Counted from the whole stretch's first letter, positions 12,170-25,500 are shown. The stretch is DNA of 63,868 nt, filler included, from Reclinomonas americana ATCC 50394 (GCA_048213135.1; 5 parts of 2 records of this genome joined end to end with filler, not necessarily neighbours in it), one strand, 5' to 3'. Numbers and translations: made by a program. Notes: generated by a model from the sequence alone, not told the origin.

Positions 12170-12746
12170 TTACACGCGCACAAACGATCCATCGGCAGCG
12201 CGCACAGCATCATGCACCTCCACAATCGCCTCGCGATCAATCGGACCCTGTGCGCAGAGATGAGGAAGAATGGACGGAAACCCCGCGCGCAGCACGCAGA
12301 AAGATCCGATCGGACAAAACATGAATGTGCGGGAACGGCATTCCATCGTCGACCAGCGGCGATATCTCCTCAGTCACGCGGCTCTTCACACCGAGCCTGA
12401 ACGCACAATAAGCGAGCACCACACACACACACACACACACAAAGGCAGGAGAGACAAGAGCAACAACTCAACTTGTCCGTGTCAATCGACAACACCACAA
12501 ACTGCGTATTCCGTCGCTCTCCACTGTAGAACAAGTTGGCAATCGTCAGCAGTCGATCCGCCTCGGCCGTGCATGGAATGAACCCGCTCTGCGCGCACAC
12601 ACACAGAGAGAGATGAGAATATCCTCACAGACTCCTTCTCTTTCTCTCGCGCAGAAGCTCACATCGTGCAGACACGCCGGCGCAAAGGCCACTGCGCGAT
12701 CGGCCTCGTCCCACTCGCTCTTGGGCACCAGATGGAAAATGCGCAT
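12170..12746 (-). CDS. DUF952 family protein
   Basis: MRIFHLVPKSEW...SGFIPCT...IANLFY...VVLSID...FPHIHGPIDREAI...DGSF; three introns; TAA at 12170. Confidence 0.8.
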
Positions 12747-12844
12747 TTCAGCACTGAGAAAGGGTTTGCGATGGGGTTACCGCTAGTGCCACGGAATTAC
12801 AAAGGGTTTCACCCAATTGAACGTAGAAGTGAGTCGTGGGGTCA

Positions 12845-15711
12845 ATGTCGCGCGCGGTGATTTTGTGTGTGTTTGTGGTGGTGGCAGTGGCAGTTGCACT
12901 GGGGGTGAGTGCGGACTCGGTGAAGAAGGTTTCGTTGCCTGGAATGCCGGCGGGTTATCCCGGAAATGTGTATGCGTTGCGTTTCTCTCTCTCTCACACG
13001 CACACGCGTACTTGTGCTCTCTCCTGCTGTCTCTCTCTGTGTGCCTCTCTCTCTCTCTATCGCGGAGTGTGTGCGGTGAAAAATGCACGCGTTAATGCAC
13101 TGGACTCCTCATTTCTCGGACTTTCTTCACATGCACACACACTTGCACTGACACACACAAGGCACACTGGCTGTGCTTCAGGCGTGTGATGGTGCATGGT
13201 GATGGAGAGTGAGAAGTAATGCATTCGGACTTTTTTGCTTTTGGGGGTTCTTTTCTGTTGTGCAACTTGACTGGAGTTGTTGTGTGAAGAGAGGCAGGAG
13301 AGAGGAGAGCGCTCTTTAGAGTGCAGTTTACTTTACTTGCTATCGGAATGCAGGCGAGAAAAGTGTGAAGGAAAGAGAAAACACACACGCACACGCACAC
13401 AATCTCTCGACAAGAGAGCTCTCCTTCCTTTCCTCCTTCTTCACTCCCTGCTCACCTCTATTCTCTCCTCCTTGCTTGCGTCTCCGTCTCTCTCTCTCTC
13501 TCATCTCACTTCTCTTGCTTGACTTCTTCGCATCACTCTCTCCCTTCTCTATCACTCTCTTCTTCTCACCACTCCTTGCTTTTCTTTCCCCCTCCCTCTT
13601 CACACACACACTCTCTCCCTTACTCTCTCTCTCTCTCTCTCCCTCCCTCCTCTCTCTCTCTCTCGCTCACCGCTCTTCTCCTCTTTTCCGCAGTGGTTAC
13701 ATCACGGTGGACGCGACGCACCAGCGACAGGTTCCGTACACCACTCCCCCTGCTTGCCCTGCCATGTGTTTCTCGGCCTCACGCGCTGCTGCGTGCCACA
13801 GCTGTTCTTCATGTACTTTGAGTCGCTGAGCAACCCCAAGACCGACCCGTTGCGTGTGTCCGCGGCTTTCTCGCCTCCACCATTGGATGTTGACACCCGA
13901 CTCCGCGCAGTGTGGTGTTGTGGAACACGGGCGGACCCGGATGCAGCTCGCTTCTTGATGAGTAGCTCACGCTCTCCTCCTTCTCCGTCTCCTCTCCCAT
14001 TTCCACCGGATGCTGACAGTGCGTTTTCCCCCTCGTTCCTCCCTTTGTCGGCATTCGCGTACCAGCCTTTGCGGAGAACGGTCCGTTCTGGCCCAGCGAC
14101 AGCGGCAACTCCCTGGTCAACGCGCCGTACCCGTGGAACAAGGTGCAGCCAAAACCAGCGCAGTCTCACTCATTCTCCGCTCTCTCCCTCTCACAATGTG
14201 CGTGCGTTTGCGTGCGTTAGATTGCCAACATGGTGTTCGTCGAGTCGCCCGCTGGCGTCGGCTTCAGCACCTCCAAGGTGTCGGCCGACTACGTTGTCGT
14301 TGCGTGCGGCAGTGAAGTGTGCCTTTCATTACCTCGCTCCAGTGGACTCACGCAGGGCACGACAGGGTGATCGCCGCACCGCCGACGACGAGTACACCTT
14401 CCTGCAGGGTTTCTTCAACAATTTCCCCAGCCTCCGCTCGCTGCCGTTCTGGATCACTGGCGAGTCGTACGGCGGTCACTACGTGCCTAACCTGGCGTCG
14501 ACCATCTACCACAACAACCTCAACAGCACCAGCCGCATCAACTTGGCCGGCTTCATGGTCGGCAATCCGTGGACGGTGCATGTCTTTCAAGGAAGGATGG
14601 ATGGAAGAATGTTCTGTGCTTGATGATTTCTCATTTCGTCCACGCACGCAGGATGCGTACATGGACAACCGCGGCTGCGTGGACGACTGGTACGGTCATG
14701 CGATGATCGAGCTGGAGACGCGCAACAATATGATGCAGTACTGCGGTTTCGTGTTCCATTTTTTCACTCACCCTCGTGTGTGTCGTCTACCATTATCATT
14801 CTCACTCTCTCCGCCATGTTGCAGACTTCAACATCATCGGTCCGCTCTCGGAGCAGTCGGTGGACGTGCTCAGTCGCTCCACTGTCGACGACGACAAGTG
14901 CGACCAGGCCACCAACATGGCCATGACGCAAATGGGGTTGCGTTGAACTTCCCTCTCCCTCTCTTTCTCCTTCTCCTCGCCTCCCACGCTCACGTCGCAC
15001 ACAGCCCAATTGACATTTACGACATTTACACGGACGCCTGCAACCCGCGCTCGGAGACCCCGGCCACCCGACTCCTGCGCCTGCTGTCGGAGACACCGCG
15101 CTCGCCGCACCGTGTGCCCTTCGAGGCCAAGAACAAGCTGAGCGCACCGGCGCCGCCGTGCATCGACAACTACGTCACGCAGTACTTGAACCGCGCCGAC
15201 GTGCAGGCCGCTCTCGGCGTGCCGTCGATGAAGTGGGTCGGCTGCTCCGACATTGTGCAATACTCGCGCGCCGATCTCTTGACCTCGATGCTGCCGGTGT
15301 ACCGCGACCTCATCGCCAACGCCAACATCAAGATTCTGGTGTACAGCGGTGACGTCGACGGCATTGTGCCGTTTGAGGGTGAGTGGGGGGAGTGAGACGA
15401 ATGCATTGTGGAGTGCCGGTGGTCTTATCGCTTGCATGCAGGCACTCGCACTTGGATCGCCGCACTGCAGCTCCCCGAGACCGAGATCCACCGTCCGTGG
15501 TACGTTGACGAGCAAGTGGGCGGCTACGTCTCCAAGTTCCGCGGCCTCACCTACACCACGAGTTGCGTTGCAATTCCACGACAAGCAGTTCTTTCTCGTG
15601 CACTCAATTTCCATTCACGCAGTCCGCGACGCCGGCCACATGGTGCCCGCCACCCGGCCAGCGCGCGCCTACTACATGTTCGACAAGTTCCTCAATGGCG
15701 AGGACTTTTGA
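12845..15711 (+). CDS. Serine carboxypeptidase (peptidase S10), secreted
   Basis: Signal peptide; YAGYITV, WNTGGPGCSS, ENGPF, VESPAGVGFS, GESYGGHYVP (Ser), YSGDVDGIVP (Asp), DAGHMVP (His); about 10 introns. Confidence 0.95.
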
Positions 15712-15949
15712 GATGATGCGAGGATGAGCACAGGAGAGAGAGAGGGCAAAATCGATAAACTGAAGACGTCGACAATCTCTTGTCCGCCGACTCGTCATCC
15801 ATCGCGTCACAGCAGTGTCAGGGCGACAGGAGAGAGTGACACGGAGAGAGTCAGAGCAGAGAGAGAGAGAGAGAGAGGAAGCATTGTCTCCTCCTGTCTG
15901 TGCGCGCATTACTCGCCTCTGTCACTCTGTTATCTCATAGTCGCCTCTC

Positions 15950-17080
15950 ATGACCTTCTGGGTGGATGCGCGAGGTACGTTCGCACACACTCACACACAC
16001 TCACACACACACTTACACAACACGCAAGAGGGAGAGAGCGCGCGTGTGTCTCTTACACAAGACAAATCTTCCGCGCGCACTCTCACAGAGGTCAAGATTG
16101 ACCCGAGACCGCTCTCCGAAGGCTCCTTTGGCGAGGTACGTTGACGCAGAAGAGAAGAGATACGCACGCACATGACAAAGACAAAGACAGAGAAAGAGAG
16201 AGTAGAGGAGAGAGTGCGAGCGGGAGTTGACTGGCCATGGCCACACTCACTCACTGACTTGCGCGCGCGAACAACCAGGTGTTCCAAGGCGAGTGGAATG
16301 GCAGCAAAGTCGCTATCAAGGTACTCCCCTCACACACACTCTCACTCTCTCACTCTTCTCTCTCACCAATCAGTCATCCAGACAAGAGATNNNNNNNNNN
16401 NNNNNNNNNNNNNNNNNNNNNNNNNNNNNNNNNNNNNNNNNNNNNNNNNNNNNNNNNNNNNNNNNNNNNNNNNNNNNNNNNNNNNNNNNNNNNNNNNNNN
16501 NNNNNNNNNNNNNNNNNAGAGTGACTGATGCATTTTTTCTTCCGTTCCTCTTCGCAGTTCTTCAAGGGCGCATCGCGTGAAAAGGCCGCAGAGGAGCTCG
16601 CTCGTGAAATGTCGGTGCTCGTCGAGCTGCGGTTCGTATGCATGCCACTTTTGCATGGTGTTTTAGTGCGGTTTGCATGCTGCTGATTAGCCCGCTGTCC
16701 TCAAAAAAAGTCATCCGAACGTGGTCATGGCGTATGGAGCACTGCGTGACAGCGCCAAGCCCGGTCTGGTGATGGAGTTCTGTCCGGGCGGCAGCCTGTT
16801 TGTGCTTGTGCATCAGTATGATACCAGCAAGCGACCGTCGCTGGAGCGCAAGGTGGAGCTGCTGTTGGATGCGGCGTATGGCGTGCGCTACTTGCATCAG
16901 CGCAACATTGTGCATCGCGATCTCAAGCCCGGCAATGTGCTTCTGCGTGCCGATGGCAAGGCGTGTGTGACGGACTTTGGCTTGTCGCGCGTGTCGGAGA
17001 CGCTGTTTACGGGGCAGGTTGGCACGCCGGCGTACATGGCGCCGGAGCAGCACAATCCCGACTCGCACGGCTACGATGCG
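15950..17080 (+). CDS. Tyrosine-kinase-like (TKL) Ser/Thr protein kinase, 3' truncated
   Basis: EGSFGEVFQGEWNGSKVAIK, HPNVV, HRDLKPGNVLL, DFGLSR, GTPAYMAPE. Confidence 0.93.
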
Positions 17081-17181
17081 GTGCGTTGCAGGCACAGAGG
17101 GAGAGTTATCGCTTGGTGGGTTTCTCATGGAGTGCTGNNNNNNNNNNNNNNNNNNNNNNNNNNNNNNNNNNNNNNNNNNNN

Positions 17182-17193
17182 TTAATTAATTAA
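17182..17193. other. Artificial scaffold linker (six-frame stop TTAATTAATTAA inside N padding); also at 35326, 51715 and 62623
   Basis: Identical 12-mer centred in roughly 100-nt N blocks four times. Confidence 0.95.
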
Positions 17194-17242
17194 NNNNNNN
17201 NNNNNNNNNNNNNNNNNNNNNNNNNNNNNNNNNNNNNCTGCA

Positions 17243-17777
17243 GCGCCCGTACCTCGTGAGCGGCACCCTGCGCGACCAGATCATCTACCCGCACTCGCAC
17301 GCCACCTTCAAGGCACAAGGCTTCACCGACGACGCCCTTGATCACCTGATGGAGGCTGTGTTCCTGGAGCACATTTGCCGTCGTGAGGGTGGTTGGGACG
17401 TGCAGAAGGACTGGCAAGACGTGTTGTCGGGTGGCGAGAAGCAGCGTGTGGCACTGGCTCGTCTCTTCTACCACCGACCGTTGCGTCCCCACTGCGCCCC
17501 TGTCACTTGTGCGAGACACCTCTTTCTTACTTTTCTTGCGCGTAGCATCTTTGCCATTCTCGACGAGTGCACGAGCGCCACCTCTGTTGACGTGGAGGGC
17601 CAGCTGTACCAGGCGTGCTCGGCGCGCAACATCACTCTGCTGTCCATCTCGCATCGCCCGCAACTGCGACAGTGGCACGAGAAGAACCTGCACTTTGACG
17701 GTGCAGGCCACACCTTTGTGCGCAACGTCAGCGAAATCACCGACGACGACGTGCGTGCCGGTCTCCGCGACACGTAA
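17243..17777 (+). CDS. C-terminal nucleotide-binding-domain exons of the peroxisomal ABCD transporter (opposite orientation to the rest of the gene)
   Basis: RPYLVSGTLRDQIIYP, LSGGEKQR signature, AILDECTSA Walker B, SISHR. It continues the FYIPQ exon that ends at about 18640 on the minus strand. Confidence 0.9.
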
Positions 17778-17944
17778 TAGAGTGGAAAGCACACACGCAA
17801 GACAACGAGAGAAGGAGAGAATAGTGAGAGAAAAAACGCATGATAACAACAACGCAATGTGCTATGAGTGAACGAAGGAAGCAGCAAAGACAACTTCATC
17901 TTGTGTCCCTGTCTGTCCTCTTTCAAGTTCGTTTTCGCCTCGAC

Positions 17945-18164
17945 ATGGTGCGTGTGCTCTTCAAAGGTCGCGAACTCGACTGTGAGTTGGAAGTCGAGCT
18001 TGGCCTCGCTGTGTTCCAGGCACTCCTCTTCTCCATCACCGAGATGGAGCCGGATGGTGAGTGTGAGCAAAGAGAGAGAGAGAGACAACTCTCTCATCAT
18101 TGTTCTCTGCACAGATCAAGCCATCTCTGTGGTGATCAAAGGCCGTCCAACCACGCGCATTCTG
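17945..18164 (+). CDS. 5' exons of a protein with an N-terminal ubiquitin-like segment (PNGase- or USP14-type N-terminus), truncated by gap
   Basis: MVRVLFKGRELDCELEVELGLAVFQALLFSITEMEPDDQAI resembles the VFK.QLFSLT..PPD.QKI UBL pattern; GT-AG intron at 18056-18114. Confidence 0.45.
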
Positions 18165-18639
18165 GTGCGTTCCTCTCATTCCTCTTCTTTCGTATGTGAA
18201 GGAGAGTGATTGAATGAGTGCAANNNNNNNNNNNNNNNNNNNNNNNNNNNNNNNNNNNNNNNNNNNNNNNNNNNNNNNNNNNNNNNNNNNNNNNNNNNNN
18301 NNNNNNNNNNNNNNNNNNNNNNNNNNNNNNNNNNNNNNNNNNNNNNNNNNNNNNNNNNNNNNNNNNNNNNNNNNNNNNNNNNNNNNNNNNNNNNNNNNNN
18401 NNNNNNNNNNNNNNNNNNNNNNNNNNNNNNNNNNNNNNNNNNNNNNNNNNNNNNNNNNNNNNNNNNNNNNNNNNNNNNNNNNNNNNNNNNNNNNNNNNNN
18501 NNNNNNNNNNNNNNNNNNNNNNNNNNNNNNNNNNNNNNNNNNNNNNNNNNNNNNNNNNNNNNNNNAGCGACATACACATAAGGAGGAATGATTCAGCAAA
18601 GATCTCTCTCCCTCTCTCTCTCTTTCTCCCACTCTCACC

Positions 18640-20949
18640 TGCGGAATGTAGAAGATCTGGTTGGCATCCGGCTTGGTGACCACGCCGCACGGCAGCGGCC
18701 ACAACTCTGCAGACACACACATGCATACTCAGAGTGAGCACACACTCTCTCTCCCACACTCCAATCCCTTCCGCCCCCTCCAACGCACCGCCGAGAATGC
18801 GGAACAGGCTGGACTTGCCGCAGCCGTTGGGTCCCGAGATGAGCCAGTTGGTGCCGGGGCGAATCTCAAAGTTGACATCGGTGGCCAGCACCGTACGGTC
18901 GGGCGTCACAATGTCGACATGCTCGAACTTGATCAGTTCGCCAGTGCGGTAGACGCCCGGCACCGGCACGCCACTTGCGCGGCGCGCGCGAGCCACCTTC
19001 GGGTCGCTGACGTCCTGCGGGTCGGTGGGCGGCGTATCGTCGGCCATGCCGGCCAACTCCAGCGCCAGCGTCTCGTGCTTCTTGCCCATCGTCTCCAGCA
19101 GCTCCGACACACGCGAGGTGAAGCCGGCCAGTGTCATCACACGGCGGTACAACATGACCAGCTGGCCAATGGCGCGCGCCAAGTTGATCAGCAGCTGCGT
19201 GTTGGTGACGTAGTCTTGCGTGCGGCTCGAGCTCGTCTGGTTGGCGGCAGCGCCCGGACCGAACACCGGCAGCGCGCAGATACCGTAGCCCACCAACGAG
19301 GCGGCGTACTTGACAAAGAACTGCGGGAGGAAAAGGGGGGGAAAGATGAGATAAAAATGTGATGCCTGCTCCACACTGCACCCTCGCACCACGCAACGTT
19401 CTCAAACACGCCCATGATGCCCTGCTTCTTGTAGATGCTTGACTCGTGTCGGTACAGGTCGTCAAAGGCACCGTTGATGATCTCACGCTCGCGGGGAGCA
19501 CCGCCGTAGAAAGCGATTTCTTCCGAGGAGCGGATGAGGCGCGAGTGGCAGTTGCGGAACTCGCCCTCCAGCTTTTGTGCCTCCGAGGTGAGCTTGCCAA
19601 ACGGTGGCGTAATGGAGCGCAACAGAGTGCCCGAGAGGAAGTAGTAGAGGAACATGAGGAAGGGACCCTCGGGGCCGGCCGAGCGGGCCAGCTTGCGCGA
19701 GAAGAGCACCACGTCGAGGATGGGCTTGAAGGTGCTGGTGTACAGCTCACTGATGGACGTCGAGAACTTCTCAATGTCCTGAGTGATGCGCTGATCGGCC
19801 TGGTCGATGCGCTGGCGACCAATGTTGGCGGCCTTGTAGAAGGTCAGGTCCGTCAGGTAGTCCTGGTGGATGCGGCGCACCAGATTGCGGCGGAACAGCA
19901 GCGACAGCTTCTGCGTCGCGAAGCGCAGGAACGAGTTGATGAAGCTCGCCGGGATGCACACCAAGACGATCCTGCAACGGTGGGAAAGAGAGAGTGAGCC
20001 CTGTGTGCTGTGAACGAAGGGTGCGACACACGAAACTTGGCGAGAGCACCGAGGAAGCGCTCCCACGATGCATCGACCAATGACTTGGCGGCATCTCCCA
20101 TGCGATCGGCAATCTCCACCGAGAGGAACGTGCGGCCGACCAGCAACGCCGACAGGAACATCTATTCAGCAGCGGTGAACAACAACAACAACAACAACAG
20201 ACAACACCAACAAAGAGAAAACCAGCAGCAGCGTACCAGCATGCCGACTTCCTTTCCGTAGAGCTTCGGGAAGAGAATGCGCAGGATGCGAATGATGCGC
20301 TTGGCAAAGAGCTTGTCGACCTTCACATTCGGCTTCTCATTCGCCGACGCCATGGTCGCCACACTCGACAGTGGACGATCGCGCTTGTCGTACAACTGAC
20401 GCACAATGAACGCGCCTCCTCCACTGAGCACAATAAAAGCGCGATCATGAGCGCAACACACAGAGAGATGCATAAGAAGGCGAGTACGTAACAGGCACAC
20501 GGCAGCGGCCACCGCCATCACCTTGTTCTCTGTGTGTGTGTGTGTGTGTGTCACAAGATGAGGAGTGTGCAGTGGAGAGAGAGGCATGTGCGACAACACA
20601 GACACACGCACCGAGCACAAACTTCTTTGCGGTTTGCACAAACGTTCTGTTGTGGCGCGTAGTCGAGTGTGAGTGAGTGAATAGAGAGAGAGAGAGCGCG
20701 CAGAAGGCAGAGAGGAAAGAGAGCGCCATCTCCACTTTTGCGCGCGCGATGTCTCAAGCAGCAGCACAAGACACGCAACGATTGATCGGCCTTGGAGACC
20801 ATGGCCGTCACCGACATCTGCACACATACGCAAGGAGAGAGAAGAGAGCGTGAGTGAGACACAAGAGAGAGAGAAACCAAACAAGTTGCGCGGGAAACAC
20901 ACACAGTCACACGCACCTTCGGCACGGTCAATGAGATCGTTGTAGCCAT
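18640..20949 (-). CDS. Peroxisomal ABC transporter, subfamily D (PMP70/ALDP-like), transmembrane domain and Walker A
   Basis: ADQRITQDIEKF, LEGEFRNCHSRLIRSSEEIAFYGG (EAA motif), GPNGCGKSSLFRILGELWP. Confidence 0.95.
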
Positions 20950-21114
20950 CTGGGAAGAGAGAGACGCGACAACAAGTACAGGAGGAAAGCGCGCGGCTCA
21001 GGCTCGACAACAACGCTGCGGAGTTGAGTTGAGTATCAGAACCCCGTTGTTCCCGCCACAATCAGGTGCTCGCGACCGGAAACTGTCCTGAGGCAAACCA
21101 TCATAATCACGCAC

Positions 21115-21328
21115 ATGTCGGACCTCGACTTGCCCAAGGCTGTTGTGCAGAGAATTCTCAAAGCGTTTCGTGCTGCATGCGTTACACTCTCTGACTGTGA
21201 GGGTGTTGTCTCACTTTCTTTCTCTGATTGTCAAAAAGTGTGCTTCCCGAGGGTGCAAGTGTGGCCCGCGAGGCCAAGGCCGCACTGATGAAGTCGGCCA
21301 CTGTGTTTATCTTGTATGCCACAGCAAC
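21115..21328 (+). CDS. H2B-like histone-fold protein DPB4/POLE3/CHRAC17, 5' exons
   Basis: MSDLDLPKAVVQRILKAVLPEGASVAREAKAALMKSATVFILYATA. Confidence 0.8.
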
Positions 21329-21578
21329 GTTGCGCGCGCACAGTCTTCGTTTCTTCTTCTTGTGTGCATTGTGATGTTGATGTGAGATGCATGCNNNNNN
21401 NNNNNNNNNNNNNNNNNNNNNNNNNNNNNNNNNNNNNNNNNNNNNNNNNNNNNNNNNNNNNNNNNNNNNNNNNNNNNNNNNNNNNNNNNNNNNNNNNNNN
21501 NNNNNNNNNAGAGAAGAGACGAGAGAGGGAGAGAGGGAGGGAGAGAAGAGAGAGAGAGAGAGGGAGAGATTGACGATA

Positions 21579-22205
21579 CCTCGCAGACTGTCCTCCATTC
21601 GTGAGCGGAACCCCGCAAAGTCCATCTCCTCCATGCACTCCAACACATCCTCGGCGCTGATCGTCTTGCGCTTGTGCTTCTGCGCAATGTCATGTGCTCT
21701 GCACAATNNNNNNNNNNNNNNNNNNNNNNNNNNNNNNNNNNNNNNNNNNNNNNNNNNNNNNNNNNNNNNNNNNNNNNNNNNNNNNNNNNNNNNNNNNNNN
21801 NNNNNNNNNNNNNNNNNNNNNNNNNNNNNNNNNNNNNNNNNNNNNNNNNNNNNNNNNNNNNNNNNNNNNNNNNCCATCATCATCATCATTATTTGCGCAA
21901 TATATACGATACGTTTTGAGAATGCCGCCGTACACAGACGGAGACAACCAACTCATGCTTCCTCCTCTGCGTCCTCCTCCTCTTCCTCATCACCTCCATC
22001 GTCCTCATCGCCCGCACCGCCAGTCTCCTCCTCCTCTTCCTCCTCGTCCATATCCTCCTCCATGGCTGCAGCTCCTGCACCTGCTGCTGCAGCGTCACCT
22101 CCGCTGCCCGACGCACCGCCCTCCGATGAAGGCGCCGCCGCCGCCGCCGCCGACTTGCGCTGCACACGCGCCTGCTTCAAGTTGTCCTTGTGCACTCCGT
22201 ACACT
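21579..22205 (-). CDS. 3' exons of the same DPB4/POLE3 gene on flipped gap-bounded contigs
   Basis: AHDIAQKHKRKTISAEDVLECMEEMDF at 21579-21705, and an acidic tail ending EEEA* at 21953. Confidence 0.75.
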
Positions 22206-22584
22206 GCGCGAAGAGCAACACCATCAGTGTTGGTCAGGGGGGAGAGAGAGAGAGAGAGAGAAGAGAAGAGAGAAGAGAACNNNNNNNNNNNNNNNNNNNN
22301 NNNNNNNNNNNNNNNNNNNNNNNNNNNNNNNNNNNNNNNNNNNNNNNNNNNNNNNNNNNNNNNNNNNNNNNNNNNNNNNNNNNNNNNNNNNNNNNNNNNN
22401 NNNNNNNNNNNNNNNNNNNNNNNNNNNNNNNNNNNNNNNNNNNNNNNNNNNNNNNNNNNNNNNNNNNNNNNNNNNNNNNNNNNNNNNNNNNNNNNNNNNN
22501 NNNNNNNNNNNNNNNNNNNNNNNNNATGGCGCTTCACAAAAAAAACATAGAAGAAGAGGAGTATTGGTTGTAGATGGAAACGCG

Positions 22585-25500
22585 TCATCTGCCTGTCATG
22601 TGTGTCTGCAGATGATGGGAGATGGCGTCTAGTCGCTTGGCCATTCGCTGGACCTCCTCCACCAGTGCAGTCGAGGTCATGGCCGCCACATCCTGCACAT
22701 GCACAGGAGTGATGTTACTACATGCAGAACAGTGACAGGGCTGTTGCGCTACAGCTGACGCACCGTCGTCGAGCCCAGCGATGGCGTGGCTGCGGTGTTC
22801 GACATTGACTCGTTCTGCTGCGAGTTGTTATTCGATTGATGGTCCTCGTCAGCTCGCTCTTCGTGCGCTGTGTATGCACACAGTCAGCTTGTGTGGCAAG
22901 CAGAAAGAGATAGAAAGCAAGAACACACACCACTGGCATGCACTTGCTCCAGCACAAACGCTCGCTCGGCCGGGAAGAACCCAATGTCACGTCTCTCCAC
23001 CTGCGACGCGCGTGGAAATGAGATAACATCACGTGCAACCTCCTTCTCCTGTTACGCACCAGCTCGCTGACATACTGCTCGAGACCCGTGTACTCGGTGG
23101 AGATGGTCAGATGCACATGGGTGAGGAACGCCACGTAGGCCCACATGTTGTGCTCGTGCTTGATGTGCTCCTCGAAGCCTGCGTATGAGGCGTGAGTCCA
23201 TGCGTGGGGAGAGTGCCACGACACCAGCGTGCGACTCACCATTGGCGGCACGCTCAAAGATGGATCGATCCAGGTGGCAGATGAAGCAGCGATTCTCCTG
23301 ATCGCTCAGCATCGCATCACGCTCGGCACGAAGCTCTGCAATCCCCCCGCGTGTAAGCAGCGAGAAGAAGAGCGCGACAGTGTACACAACACCAGAACGC
23401 ACCGCCGAAAGTGTCGAGAATAATACCGCTGAGATCATGCAACAAAACCAAGCAGTGAGAATGACAATCCACTTCCGCAACATGCACGTGTGGGCTACTC
23501 ACAAGATGAGATTCAGCAGAATGATGATGAGGAGAATGTAGAAAAGCATGTCGAATACGACACGCGCAGCGCCCACGTAGACGCCAAACATGTCTTCCAT
23601 GGAGCCGCCCATGCGCACCCTGCATTGCACGCGTGTCAACAACACCCGCGCGATGCGTCACATCGTGCAGGACCAACCACGCACCCAAAGTTCAACAGCA
23701 TGACAAAGCACGACAGCAGAGTCGAGCACATGTAGGTGACACCGCTGTCGGCCAGGTCGGTCTTGACTTGGTTGTTGAAGTACATGAACATGATGATGGC
23801 GAACATGTAGACCACGAACACGCCGAGCAGCAACTGCAGCCACAAAAAGATGGTCATTCACACGCTGAGAAGTAGAAGCAGCGACAGCAGTGGTGGTGGT
23901 GACGCAACGGTGACGACCAGCGAGCCGAGGTTCTTGGTGACGGAACGCACGACGCTCTGCAGCACCTTGGACTTGGCCACCACATCCAGCAGGTGGAACG
24001 CGAAGAAGAAGTCGTGCACGGTCAAGCCGAGCACGCAAAAGCCGACACAAAACATCTGTCACATGGTATGCGCGCGCCCAGGTGAGAAACAACAGCGGTG
24101 ATAATATCATGCTGTGACGAGGAGGATGGATGCGCAACGTGATAAATGACGTTGGTGTCGTACCACATCTTGTACAGGTACAGCAGGGCAAACTTGTAGC
24201 CTTTCGGCAGCGGTCCGGGCTGCAGATGTACATGAATCAGCAACGAGACGATTCGCTCTTCTCATTCCAAGCAAAGGGAACTCACCGACTCTGACTGCAG
24301 TTCGTTGATGACGTGCAGTGTTCCATTCTTGACAATGTAGATGAAGAAGAGCGTGATGGTGACAATGGTGTGTACAAAGCCCATGAAGAGCACAATTGGT
24401 GCCAGCATCCAGCTGCGATGGCCCGCCATACTGCACATACACACACGCGCTCCGTTAGTCTCAACAGAGGTTCGGTGACACAACATGCACACACACACGC
24501 AACATTCCATCTTCGTCACGGTCCTGGACTTCGTACGACAGCAGCAGCATGAGATTCATCAGCAGCGACAGGCCGAAACTCAGCATCTGCAGCGTGCGAT
24601 AGTGCTGTCGGAAGGGACGGAAGAAGAGATTGCGGCGAAGTTGATTCTGCACAGTGGCGACACCGTGTGGCCGTGTGTGTTGAGGAATGCACACAGAAAT
24701 CATACGGTCGACGCAATGATGATAATACACACCTCGTGTCGCATCTGGTTCATCATGGAGGGGTGCGCCTTGAAGAGTCCGTGCGCCTTGGCCGTTGCGT
24801 TCTCACGCTCCACTCTGCGCGCCATTTCTTGTCATCATACTGTTCACCAAGCCTCCCTCTCCCTCCCTCTCATTGTCGACGCAACGAATCGTGGAATGCT
24901 TCCTTGGTTTCCTCAGGCAGACAGAAGCAGATTTGTGGAATGGGGAAGTACACCTGCAATCATGCATAAGCAACGGACGATTATGAACGTGCAAAATCAC
25001 CCTGACCTTCTCGAGTCGCTTGTCGCGTACGATTTCCACACGGCCCGTGTACTTTGGGAAGAGGAAAATGTTCTTCAACAGCTCATCGTACTGCGCACAA
25101 AACACACATGTGAGGCGGCAATAAAGTATCATGAAAGAACGATGCAACAGACCGTTCCGTGGTACTCGGGCTCGTCGGCAAAGTACCGCATGAGCTCGTA
25201 CATGATGCGGCCGACTTGGAACTGCGCACCAAGAACTTCGTCCTTTTCGAGAACATCCATGCCGGTGGCCAGGTCTTCTCCCCACGACTCTGGCGTCACG
25301 CCCATGGGCACGCACAACACTTTCTGCAACTTCTCCATGCGGAAGATCTGCGTGTGCATGCAGTGCAGCGTGAGTGTAGCTGCGGAGACAACGTATTTTT
25401 TCCATTTCCTACCATGTGTGGAATGTCGAGACTCTCGCGAAGCATTTGCACGCCGCTCGGGAAGTGCTCGCCCTCCATCACCGTGCGTGCAGTGATGGCC

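Noticed and set aside
17182-17193. Recurrent palindrome TTAATTAATTAA as a biological element or insertion site
   Set aside because: Always centred in N padding; it is a six-frame-stop assembly linker.
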